Sequence record: SRR22947725_1942
Direction: 5' to 3' (one strand)
Length of the DNA: 45,314 bases
Position 1 is the stretch's first letter. Each line of letters opens with the position of its first letter. Under the pieces are notes generated by a model, which saw nothing but the letters and a program-made list of their open reading frames with translations, did not search any database and was not told the origin of the DNA. Below are positions 28,630 through 36,514 of the stretch, in pieces. The position numbers and the translations under genes are program-made.

Positions 28630-29667
28630 TTATTTTTTCTTAGGTTTTTTGGGAGCCCGCGGGGGCATTCTTCCATCCGGTCCAAGAATCGGTTTTTTTC
28701 CTGGTTCCTGCGTTAACAAATCGGGAGTGGGCAATTCAATTTCCTCCGGAAAGTCTGGACGGTTTAAATTTTGATTGAGCATGGCCTTGGTAACTTTTTG
28801 TGAGGGAACTCCACCTTGTGGCACATCCATACGGGCAACCCAGGCAATGGTATTAAGAATGAGTTTCCGATAGTTATCGAGTGCCCAGTTTCGATGATAA
28901 TGCCCACCAACGAATCCGGCTCCTCTTGCTCCTTTTTCAGGATCTGAACACCAGAGTAATGCTTGGGGAGTACCCAGCTTTTCTTCTGCCTGTTTGTTCC
29001 AAAACTTAGAACTGCCATAACGAATCATATTTTTTTCAGTCGGGACTGCAGTGGCAAGGGGATAGCAGTGCTTACATTTTTCGGGGTCAGGAAAATTTAA
29101 ATTCCAGTAAAATTCATCGTATGCGGTAAGTGAGCCCACCCCTCGGCCAACAGGGTGACCTTTTTGGGGTTGGATTTTCGCTACCCAGGATGGATTGACG
29201 GAAAAATCATCATCAAAGTATCCTCCGATCCAATCACGATAATATTTCTCCGCCACTTCTTTAGTGGGATGAACACCATAGTGCATAAACATAATCCCCA
29301 TACCGGCTTTTACTTTCCTGTCTAAGAATGCATACTTTTGGCCAAACTCTCCTCCGCCGTCTGCATAGATAATGCAGGCATCGACATCATTAAAGATAGT
29401 TTCATCTTCCGGCCATCCGTACCAGTGGACTTTAGTCTGAACAGGAAGGCCACTTTTATTAAGTGCGTCAGCAAGTAAAATGGAACCCGCTTTGTATTCA
29501 TGAAATCCATGACGGTGTTTGGTATCACCGGCTATAAAGAGAATATTTTTTGTATCCTTTTGAGGATGATCCTTGGCTTGTGTGGGTATGTTGCAACATA
29601 GCACTATCAAGACAAGAGAACTTGAAAATTTGGTAATAAAGGAGAGGGCACCAATGGGAGAATTCAT
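28630..29667 (-). CDS. ThuA-like (class I glutamine amidotransferase-like fold) exported protein
   Basis: ILFIAG..H..HEYKAG, IYADGGG, MHYGV, HPVGRGV..DEFYW and GGHYHRNW..LILNTIAW. Confidence 0.82.
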   Translation of the reverse strand: MNSPIGALSFITKFSSSLVLIVLCCNIPTQAKDHPQKDTKNILFIAGDTKHRHGFHEYKAGSILLADALNKSGLPVQTKVHWYGWPEDETIFNDVDACIIYADGGGEFGQKYAFLDRKVKAGMGIMFMHYGVHPTKEVAEKYYRDWIGGYFDDDFSVNPSWVAKIQPQKGHPVGRGVGSLTAYDEFYWNLNFPDPEKCKHCYPLATAVPTEKNMIRYGSSKFWNKQAEEKLGTPQALLWCSDPEKGARGAGFVGGHYHRNWALDNYRKLILNTIAWVARMDVPQGGVPSQKVTKAMLNQNLNRPDFPEEIELPTPDLLTQEPGKKPILGPDGRMPPRAPKKPKKK

Positions 29668-29701
29668 ACAAATACCTCTACAATATTACCCATAGATGGC
29701 A

Positions 29702-29728
29702 ATCCAAAGGAAGCGTTTAGGCTTCCTT
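29702..29728 (-). terminator. Stem-loop after the propeller/DUF1080 gene (weak terminator or mRNA stabiliser)
   Basis: 8-bp stem AAGGAAGC-ctaaac-GCTTCCTT (29728-29707) overlapping the stop codon. The U tail is short. Confidence 0.45.
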
Positions 29729-31916
29729 AGATGGAAGAAGCCGAGGACCTTGGAAAGGTATTCCGAAAAGCGGGCAAGTTTAGATCGTAGGGGAAATCTT
29801 CGATAATCCAAAGATTGCGAAATGATACGCCGGTTCCCTTATGGTCCTGTATCATAAGAGGTCTTTTACCATGTTTCTTGTAGGGTCCTCCCACTTCTCC
29901 ATACACCCATGTGTCATTATGGATTAAAATTCCATTATGAAATGCGGTGACACGGAGCGGCTGATCCACATTTCCCTTATCGGAAAAAACGGGAGCTTTC
30001 ATGAGAATATCATAGGATTGCCACTCTCCAGGCTTACGGGAAGAGTTTACGCGGGGAGGGTGCTGTCCATAAATGGAACCGCATGTTCCGTCTGCAAAGG
30101 TTGAATTTTGAAAGCTGTTGACCACCTGCATTTCATAGCCTGACATGAGAAAGATTCCCGAATTTCCATAAAGTTGTCCTTTCCAGTCTGGGTTATCCGA
30201 TTGATCAAACCGAAATTCCAAATGGATTCGTGCATCTCCGTAAGCCTTTACTGTGGAGTTATTCCCTTTCCCTCGGGGCATAACCCCATTTTTATCTAAT
30301 ACCCAGTTCGGGTTTGTCCATTGAGTGGAGTCCAATTGGGTAGCTTCTTTGGGTGCGGGAATAGCACATTTGTCAGCAGATAGCGGAGCAACCACAGGGG
30401 GGAGTGGACGGTTTTTATCATTTCGATTCCAACTGGAACCGGCAAGGGACCATCCAACATTTCTTCCTGGTCGGGGTTCACGAACAGGACGAGTTTGGTT
30501 GAGCGTGTAGTAGATGGTATCAAAATCCAGCATTTCGGCTTCTGTGTTTCTTTGCTCGGTAAAAGTAATAGCGTAGATTTTCTTTTTGCTTAAAGGAACA
30601 TCAAATGTGACCGTTTTACGGTCTTTAGAAAGTTGATAATTACTCACTTTTAACTCCTGTTGGTCAACTGGGGGAGATCCATAGGTACTATAGTAATGAT
30701 ATCCCCAACTGGAAACTTTTGGAGTCATCTTCTTTCCAATCCGTTCGGTGAAGCGAACAGAGAATCCAGTCTTGGTGAGGCTTGCTGAATGAATGGCAAA
30801 AGGTGTGGTTTTCTTGTCCCACTTCACATATTGAATTGCGGTACGCTTACCTCCCTTACTAAACCAGCCTCTGCCCACTTGGGCAGACCAAAGACGACCT
30901 TGTGAATCGAAGGACATTTTGACTGGGCCACTTTCCAAGCCACGGAGAAAATCGATGCACCAGCCTTGGTATTCTCCGTTAATTTTCTCAACACCGCTTC
31001 GAAAATAATTGGATTGCCTTTGGTCACCTATAAACATTTGTCCCTTGAAGGGTCCAAATTTACCATTCGTAGTATCCCAGATTGGACTGCCGGGAGAATT
31101 GGCAATTTCCTCGCGTACTAACCAAACTGCAGGAGACGTACGAATCTTCTCAAAATCCTCAGCGTTCATGGATAGGACTTTTTCTTTGGTGAAATCCGGA
31201 CGAGCTGGCAGGGATGCAGGGTGACCATAAAAATTACCTTCCCGTACATGATAGAGGGCACAATCTGCAACCCAGTCACCTTGATTGTCGGTAATGAAGA
31301 GTTCATCCTCAGGACTCATTCCGATTCCACACGGCGAGCGAAATCCACCGGCAAGAGGTTGGAAATGGCCTTTCCGGTCGGAGCGGTAAACCCAGCCTCG
31401 CCAGGGTGCGTTGTAGGACATATTCCCTCCACCTTTCCCAAATGGTTTGCCATCCGGTACAGTAAACTCGCCTCGGGCCGCCAGATTAAGCGATGCATAT
31501 TTTCTGCCTAATGAATCAACAACCGGGCCGAAATGATATTCATGGTATTCTCCGGATATTCCAAATGCATCGGTTATACACTCGTAACGATCGCAAACCC
31601 CGTCTTTATCGAGATCAATCAGTCTGGTTAACTCAGGTTTTTGTCCTACATAGTAAGCATCTTCTTTTTCGTCGAAATAGATTCCATTTGGTTCCATCAA
31701 GTTTTCGGCAAACTTTGTCCACACCTCTCCCTTCCGTTCCCACACTTCACCTTCCCATGTGCAAATCGCAAGTGTACCATCAGGTTTGTGACATAATCCA
31801 AGAACCGAAACTGAACCACGGGGTAGGGAAATAGATTGGATTTTATATCCATCAGGTATCTGTGCAGATAAAATTGAGAAACTGAATAAAAGAAGGAGTG
31901 CAGAAAGTATGTTCAT
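29727..31916 (-). CDS. Exported beta-propeller (sugar dehydrogenase-like) fused to C-terminal DUF1080
   Basis: YHEYHFGP, GFRSPCG, TDNQGDW, GNFYGHP and FGPFKGQMFIGD, then Ig-like GFSVRFT. DUF1080 motifs GNSGIFL, YEMQV, CGSIYGQ, WQSYDI and QDH..VSFRNLW. Confidence 0.87.
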   Translation of the reverse strand: MNILSALLLLFSFSILSAQIPDGYKIQSISLPRGSVSVLGLCHKPDGTLAICTWEGEVWERKGEVWTKFAENLMEPNGIYFDEKEDAYYVGQKPELTRLIDLDKDGVCDRYECITDAFGISGEYHEYHFGPVVDSLGRKYASLNLAARGEFTVPDGKPFGKGGGNMSYNAPWRGWVYRSDRKGHFQPLAGGFRSPCGIGMSPEDELFITDNQGDWVADCALYHVREGNFYGHPASLPARPDFTKEKVLSMNAEDFEKIRTSPAVWLVREEIANSPGSPIWDTTNGKFGPFKGQMFIGDQRQSNYFRSGVEKINGEYQGWCIDFLRGLESGPVKMSFDSQGRLWSAQVGRGWFSKGGKRTAIQYVKWDKKTTPFAIHSASLTKTGFSVRFTERIGKKMTPKVSSWGYHYYSTYGSPPVDQQELKVSNYQLSKDRKTVTFDVPLSKKKIYAITFTEQRNTEAEMLDFDTIYYTLNQTRPVREPRPGRNVGWSLAGSSWNRNDKNRPLPPVVAPLSADKCAIPAPKEATQLDSTQWTNPNWVLDKNGVMPRGKGNNSTVKAYGDARIHLEFRFDQSDNPDWKGQLYGNSGIFLMSGYEMQVVNSFQNSTFADGTCGSIYGQHPPRVNSSRKPGEWQSYDILMKAPVFSDKGNVDQPLRVTAFHNGILIHNDTWVYGEVGGPYKKHGKRPLMIQDHKGTGVSFRNLWIIEDFPYDLNLPAFRNTFPRSSASSI

Positions 31917-31931
31917 CGATTTAAAAATAAA

Positions 31932-33056
31932 TTAGAAAGAGAGTTTGTAGGAATTTTTTCCATCCGGGCTAATGCTGAATTTCTTCTGTTGCCCGTCCAC
32001 AAGGGTGGCGATTGTTACCGAGTCTCCAGAGGTTTCATAATGTAAAAGATTAAAACGATCACCTTCCAGTACCGTCTTTGCGATACCGGTTAATTCTATT
32101 CCTTTAACTTCAGATTTTTTTTGACTTCGACTGTCCAGAGAGGGGGTTTGATTAATAAATGCCGATTCCCAACCTTTAATAATTTTACCGCTTGCGGAGT
32201 CATAGGCCAATAAGACTTGATTGGGCAAAAGTAGAAGCAATGTTCTTGGGGGTAAGCCATCAATCCATTTTCGAATGACTTTTGCTTTTTCGCCTGAACG
32301 AACAACTTTGGGAACGCTTCCCTCTAAACTTTTCCCCGTCAGCATCCAATGTTTACCGTTCAATTTTTGCAACCTGACTCCGAACCTCATGGAATGGGAA
32401 GTGGGTTCTTCATGAAGGATTTCCAAGTCATGGATGCCTGCCGATAATTCAAATTCATTAGTAAAGTAGGTATCACTCTTTTTTTTATCATTGCTGTAGT
32501 GAACTTCTTTCCCGTTCACCCAAATCGATGTTCGGCCTTTGCCATTAACATTAAAACGATACTTCCCGGGAGTCTTTATAAACAGTTTAGACTGACCACG
32601 TAGAACCCCGTCAAACATTCTATCCACATAATAGAAGTTTTCCGGCAATCGGGTTTGGGAAGTTGATTCAATCGAATCAAAAAGGTCGGGGTGTAATCTT
32701 TTTCCTACAAAATAGTCCCGAGCATAAGTCGAGCGGAGTGTTTGCCGGTTTCCTTCCTGTTTATCAATAATAAATTCGGTGAGCGAATGGAGATCATTTT
32801 CAGGATAGACTAATTCGTAAGCGATCATTTCAGTACCGGCTACCCCCTTGGCTATGCTGCGGTATACAGCATCGTAGGAATCCCCATTTTTCCAGTATGA
32901 ATCCACCAAGTTTGGGCCAATTCCACCGTCTAATTTGGGTCCATGGCAATTAAAGCAAATTTGATTATAGACTTCCTGTCCGCGTTTCATATCAGCAAAG
33001 CCAATATAAAGTCCAAAATTGAAAATGATGAGGTACTTGAAAAGGTAAAATTTCAT
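31932..33056 (-). CDS. Cytochrome c + PA14-like domain + C-terminal domain (DUF6797-like)
   Basis: CFNCHG..GGIGPNL....W..G....I..G..GTEM (cbb3 subunit III-like c domain). PGKYRF..IWVNGKEV..LSAGIHDLEILH (PA14-like). VIRKWIDG..LAYD..GW..FI tail. Confidence 0.8.
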   Translation of the reverse strand: MKFYLFKYLIIFNFGLYIGFADMKRGQEVYNQICFNCHGPKLDGGIGPNLVDSYWKNGDSYDAVYRSIAKGVAGTEMIAYELVYPENDLHSLTEFIIDKQEGNRQTLRSTYARDYFVGKRLHPDLFDSIESTSQTRLPENFYYVDRMFDGVLRGQSKLFIKTPGKYRFNVNGKGRTSIWVNGKEVHYSNDKKKSDTYFTNEFELSAGIHDLEILHEEPTSHSMRFGVRLQKLNGKHWMLTGKSLEGSVPKVVRSGEKAKVIRKWIDGLPPRTLLLLLPNQVLLAYDSASGKIIKGWESAFINQTPSLDSRSQKKSEVKGIELTGIAKTVLEGDRFNLLHYETSGDSVTIATLVDGQQKKFSISPDGKNSYKLSF

Positions 33057-33154
33057 TACGCTAAAAAAGGATTTTATTTATTGGGAGTTCTTGTGAAGGT
33101 GATCCCGAAATAATCGAGAGTGGAGAAGGTTATAATGATGGCAATCTATATTAC

Positions 33155-33178
33155 ACTCCGAAATTTCAAAGACTTGCC
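33155..33178 (-). promoter_or_regulatory. Candidate ECF promoter GGCAA-N14-GGAGT at the head of the minus-strand gene run
   Basis: Minus strand GGCAA gtctttgaaatttc GGAGT, about 100 nt upstream of ATG 33056. Same boxes and spacing as 25877-25900. Confidence 0.5.
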
Positions 33179-33243
33179 AATTAAAGTTATTTAAAAACAT
33201 AAAAAAAATTCGACACTCCCCATTTAAAAATGAAGAGTTATGT

Positions 33244-34080
33244 ATGAAAAGAAGAGAATTTTTGACCACAAGTTCAGGTGCATTATGTTTTTCTCATCTG
33301 GTAAGGGCTGAAGAACACTCCTTTAAGGGGAAAATTAAAATGGCGGTTAAATTCGGGACTAAACCCAATGAAAAACAAATGCAAAAGTTGAAGGATTTAG
33401 GCTTTGATGGCATTGAGGGATCTGGACCAGGGCTTCAAATCGAGCCAATGAAAATGGCCTGTTCGAAATTTAAGCTGCCTATGCATGGGGTGGTTTACAA
33501 TAAACATTGGAAGGTTAGGTTGTCCGATCCAAATCCGGAGGTTCGCGAAAAAAGCAGAATCGGGCTAGCACAGGCCATGCGAGAGGCAAGGGGAGTCGGT
33601 GGAACATCTGTGCTTTTGGTACCTGGTCGAGTTAAGGGCGATCAAGAAACTCATCAACATGTCTGGGACCGGTCGATTGAACAAATTCGTAAATTGATTC
33701 CTTTGGCAAGCGAGCTAAAGATACATATTTTGATTGAAACTGTTTGGAACGGATTTTGTTACAAACCAGAGCAGTTTCGTGATTATATCGATGCCATTAA
33801 CAGTCCTTGGGTTCAGGCATATTATGACATTGGAAATATGCAGAAATATGGACCCAGTCACAAATGGATCCGGATATTAGGTAAAAGAACCCTTAAATTG
33901 GATGTAAAAGATTGGGGGTCCAAGAATGGATTCTGTCCCCTCGGGCAGGGAGATGTGGATTGGAAAAAAGTCCGCCACGAACTTGAGCAAATAGACTTTA
34001 GAGGCTGGGCAACCCGAGAGGGTAATGATGGAGGAGTCGAGAATACTGCCCGTTTGATGAATGAATTACTTGCTTTGTGA
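33244..34080 (+). CDS. Sugar phosphate isomerase/epimerase (xylose isomerase-like TIM barrel), Tat-exported
   Basis: MKRREFL Tat motif. GFDGIE, VLLVPG, IETVWN, YYDIGN, LDVKD, LGQGDVDW and GWATRE. Confidence 0.9.
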   Translation: MKRREFLTTSSGALCFSHLVRAEEHSFKGKIKMAVKFGTKPNEKQMQKLKDLGFDGIEGSGPGLQIEPMKMACSKFKLPMHGVVYNKHWKVRLSDPNPEVREKSRIGLAQAMREARGVGGTSVLLVPGRVKGDQETHQHVWDRSIEQIRKLIPLASELKIHILIETVWNGFCYKPEQFRDYIDAINSPWVQAYYDIGNMQKYGPSHKWIRILGKRTLKLDVKDWGSKNGFCPLGQGDVDWKKVRHELEQIDFRGWATREGNDGGVENTARLMNELLAL

Positions 34081-34101
34081 TTATCGCATAACAAGGGGAG
34101 A

Positions 34102-34125
34102 GCAACTCTACATCGTTGCCTTTTT
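34102..34125 (+). terminator. Weak intrinsic terminator candidate
   Basis: GCAAC-tctacatc-GTTGC-c-TTTTT, 21 nt after the stop codon. Confidence 0.3.
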
Positions 34126-34144
34126 GCCCACACATGAAGAACCA

Positions 34145-34178
34145 ATTGAAAGTGAACGGCGTTGAGAACACCGATTCA
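34145..34178 (-). terminator. Intrinsic terminator candidate downstream of ferredoxin
   Basis: Minus strand TGAA(T)CGGTGTT-ctc-AACGCCG-TTCA followed by CTTTC. The G-U pair works only on the minus strand. Confidence 0.45.
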
Positions 34179-34185
34179 ATAATGC

Positions 34186-34497
34186 TTAAAATGGAGCAAC
34201 CTCTACCACAATACCATCCAAAGAATCACTCATTTCCACCTGACAGCTGAGGCGACTGCGTTCATCAGTCCCCTCTTCAATATCAAACAGATCCTGTTCG
34301 GCTTCAGTGGCTCTCCCGGTTTTCCCCAGCCAATCTGGATGCACGCGAACATGGCATGTTCCGCAGGAACAGCAACCGCCACATGCTCCCAAAATTCCTT
34401 CGACATCATTTTCACGGGCAATTTCCATTAGGTTGCCGGTTGCATCTTGTGCCACCACTTCGTTTCCGTCCTCAGTTATAAAAGTCACTTTTGACAT
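34186..34497 (-). CDS. fdx: 2Fe-2S ferredoxin, adrenodoxin/putidaredoxin type
   Basis: CGGCCSCGTCHV...SRLSCQ and NLMEIA..NDVEGI. Confidence 0.92.
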   Translation of the reverse strand: MSKVTFITEDGNEVVAQDATGNLMEIARENDVEGILGACGGCCSCGTCHVRVHPDWLGKTGRATEAEQDLFDIEEGTDERSRLSCQVEMSDSLDGIVVEVAPF

Positions 34498-34590
34498 GTT
34501 CAATTTGTTTTAAGATAATAAAAGCGTTAATTAAATTCGCGGACAGCCAATGAATCAAATTCAAAAACAAAATAAATGCGTTAGTAGTTT

Positions 34591-36462
34591 CTATTCAACA
34601 GGAATGGCAAACTTGGCGAATTTTTCTTTTGCTTTAGAGAGAGTGGGATAATCTGGGGTTTCAGGGTGACTGACTAGAAAACTATTTTCATCAATCAGGT
34701 TAAGAAAGCAGTGAGTGGTTCCTTTTGGAAGTGTGAAACTTACACCTTTTGATGAATTTTTTGGAGCAACTATTCTGAACCACTCTTCGTACTGCTGATT
34801 ACCGTTGAGGGTATAAATCAAGTCAGCACGAATGACTTTTGCCCCTTTTTCTCGAAATTTAAAATGAATGGTCTGTCCATCTATTTTGTGTGAGATGTCT
34901 TGGGGAACTTTAAGTTTTTCGGGCCCAACATGCCGTGCGTGAGGATTATAGTAGGGAAAACTTGCCTTCATTTCTTTGAGCTCAGCTGATAATTTATCAT
35001 CAAGTTCTTTTGTAAGTTCCGGAAAATCATCTGCGAGATTATTGGCTTCCTCAATATCACCTCGGATTTGTTTGCCATTATCTTGCCTGTAAAGCTTGTA
35101 GAGTTCCCGCTCAGGATTTTTTGGGTGGAATTTGTGATCGTAGTTACGGACGAGTTTGAATCCTTTTACCCGAATGGAACTTTCAAAAGCCGCACTATTA
35201 GGAAAATGCCAAACCATAGAATCCCGTGTCTTGCCGTTTTTACCTTTTATTAAATTTGAATCTGTCGGATTATTCAGGAGCAAGTCTTTTAAGTCAGCTC
35301 CATCCAAGTTTTTTCCATCCGGTTTAGGGGTTCCGGTCAAGGTCAGGAGAGTGGGATAAAAATCCAGGCCGTTTACCATTACATCAGATTCAATTCCCTC
35401 TTTGATACCCGGGCCAGTTATAATTAATGGTACACGTGTACCTCCTTCCATTAGTGAAATCTTTCCCTTATCCAAGGGATAGTTATCAGTGATAACCTCC
35501 CTCGGGTGTCCTTCCATACCTCCATTGTCGGAGGTAAAAATGACATATGTATTCTCAACGAGCTTATGTCCAGGCCACCGTGGATCTTCTGTGTTGTTCA
35601 AGTAGTTAAAAACTTTACCCATGTAATAATCAAGTTCTTCCACCATGGCGCAATAGAATGGATTATTTTGTCCTTTCTTTGTCCAGCCTTGGTTGTCCGC
35701 TGGTCTTTCCACTCCAAGTTTCTTGCAGTATTTTTCAAGGAGCTTTTCAGAACGAGTGTGAATGGGTGTGTGTACGAGCCAAGTGGCGTAGTACAGGAAG
35801 AAAGGTTTGTCGTGGTTCTCCCTCAAGAAGGTTAGGGCATCCTCACTGGTTTGATGGTAGGGATAGCCATTTTCATCTAACCGGTAGGGGTCTTTTACTC
35901 GAGTGGAGGCAAATCCTTCAACCCGATTGGGCATACCTGATCTCGCTCCACGGCTGCTTCTCGTCCAGTCAAAGCCTTGGTCTTCAGGTTGAGGAAAAGC
36001 TTTGTGGTCGATGGCCATGTGCCATTTTCCAGAATGCCCAGTTACATATCCATTTTGTTGTAAAACTCGGGCGATTGTCATTTCGTTTTCGGGCATTCTG
36101 CCACTGTACCAGGGGGCGATCATGGTCCAGCCGAATTTATGGTTCGGGGTAGGGGGGGCTCCTCCCACCACATGGGTCTTTTGAGCCCGGGCTGGATGGT
36201 TTCCGCTCATGATTGCACAGCGAGAAGGCGCACAGGTGGGAGCTGGTGAGTAGGCTTGCCAAAACTTTACTCCTCTTTCAGCAAGGCTGTCGATATTGGG
36301 AGTTTCAATGGGGGAGGGCTCATCAATGTCATAGCATTTTACATCCTGCCAGCCCAGGTCGTCGGTAAGGATTAAGACCACATTGGGTTTAGATGGCCGT
36401 TCCTTGGCAATTATTGCAATGGGTAACAAGATAATCAATAAAGCAGTGGACAAAATTTTCAT
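34591..36462 (-). CDS. S1 sulfatase with C-terminal beta-sandwich extension
   Basis: KPNVVLILTDDLG, CAPSR, GKWH, VHTP, FTSDNGG and GKISLMEGGTRVP. Signal peptide. Confidence 0.95.
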   Translation of the reverse strand: MKILSTALLIILLPIAIIAKERPSKPNVVLILTDDLGWQDVKCYDIDEPSPIETPNIDSLAERGVKFWQAYSPAPTCAPSRCAIMSGNHPARAQKTHVVGGAPPTPNHKFGWTMIAPWYSGRMPENEMTIARVLQQNGYVTGHSGKWHMAIDHKAFPQPEDQGFDWTRSSRGARSGMPNRVEGFASTRVKDPYRLDENGYPYHQTSEDALTFLRENHDKPFFLYYATWLVHTPIHTRSEKLLEKYCKKLGVERPADNQGWTKKGQNNPFYCAMVEELDYYMGKVFNYLNNTEDPRWPGHKLVENTYVIFTSDNGGMEGHPREVITDNYPLDKGKISLMEGGTRVPLIITGPGIKEGIESDVMVNGLDFYPTLLTLTGTPKPDGKNLDGADLKDLLLNNPTDSNLIKGKNGKTRDSMVWHFPNSAAFESSIRVKGFKLVRNYDHKFHPKNPERELYKLYRQDNGKQIRGDIEEANNLADDFPELTKELDDKLSAELKEMKASFPYYNPHARHVGPEKLKVPQDISHKIDGQTIHFKFREKGAKVIRADLIYTLNGNQQYEEWFRIVAPKNSSKGVSFTLPKGTTHCFLNLIDENSFLVSHPETPDYPTLSKAKEKFAKFAIPVE

Positions 36463-36514
36463 GGAGGAAGAAATGGTTGGGTTAGACTTTTAGTGTAGGG
36501 AGGAGACTTGAAAG

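Noticed and set aside
28611-28685. ORF-track N-terminal extensions (also at 316, 13082, 17703, 19069, 41636, 42133)
   Set aside because: Most overlap neighbouring genes. Downstream ATGs give proper signal peptides, family-typical N-termini or stop/start coupling.
33081-33108. Imperfect hairpin TTGGGA...TCCCGA and a short hydrophobic minus-strand frame (IAIIITFSTLDYFGITF) in the cyt c leader
   Set aside because: Weak stem, no riboswitch consensus, and the frame has no start codon.
33215-33238. Interrupted palindrome ACTC-cc-CATTT-aa-AAATG-aa-GAGT before the TIM-barrel gene
   Set aside because: AT-rich, imperfect and a single instance.
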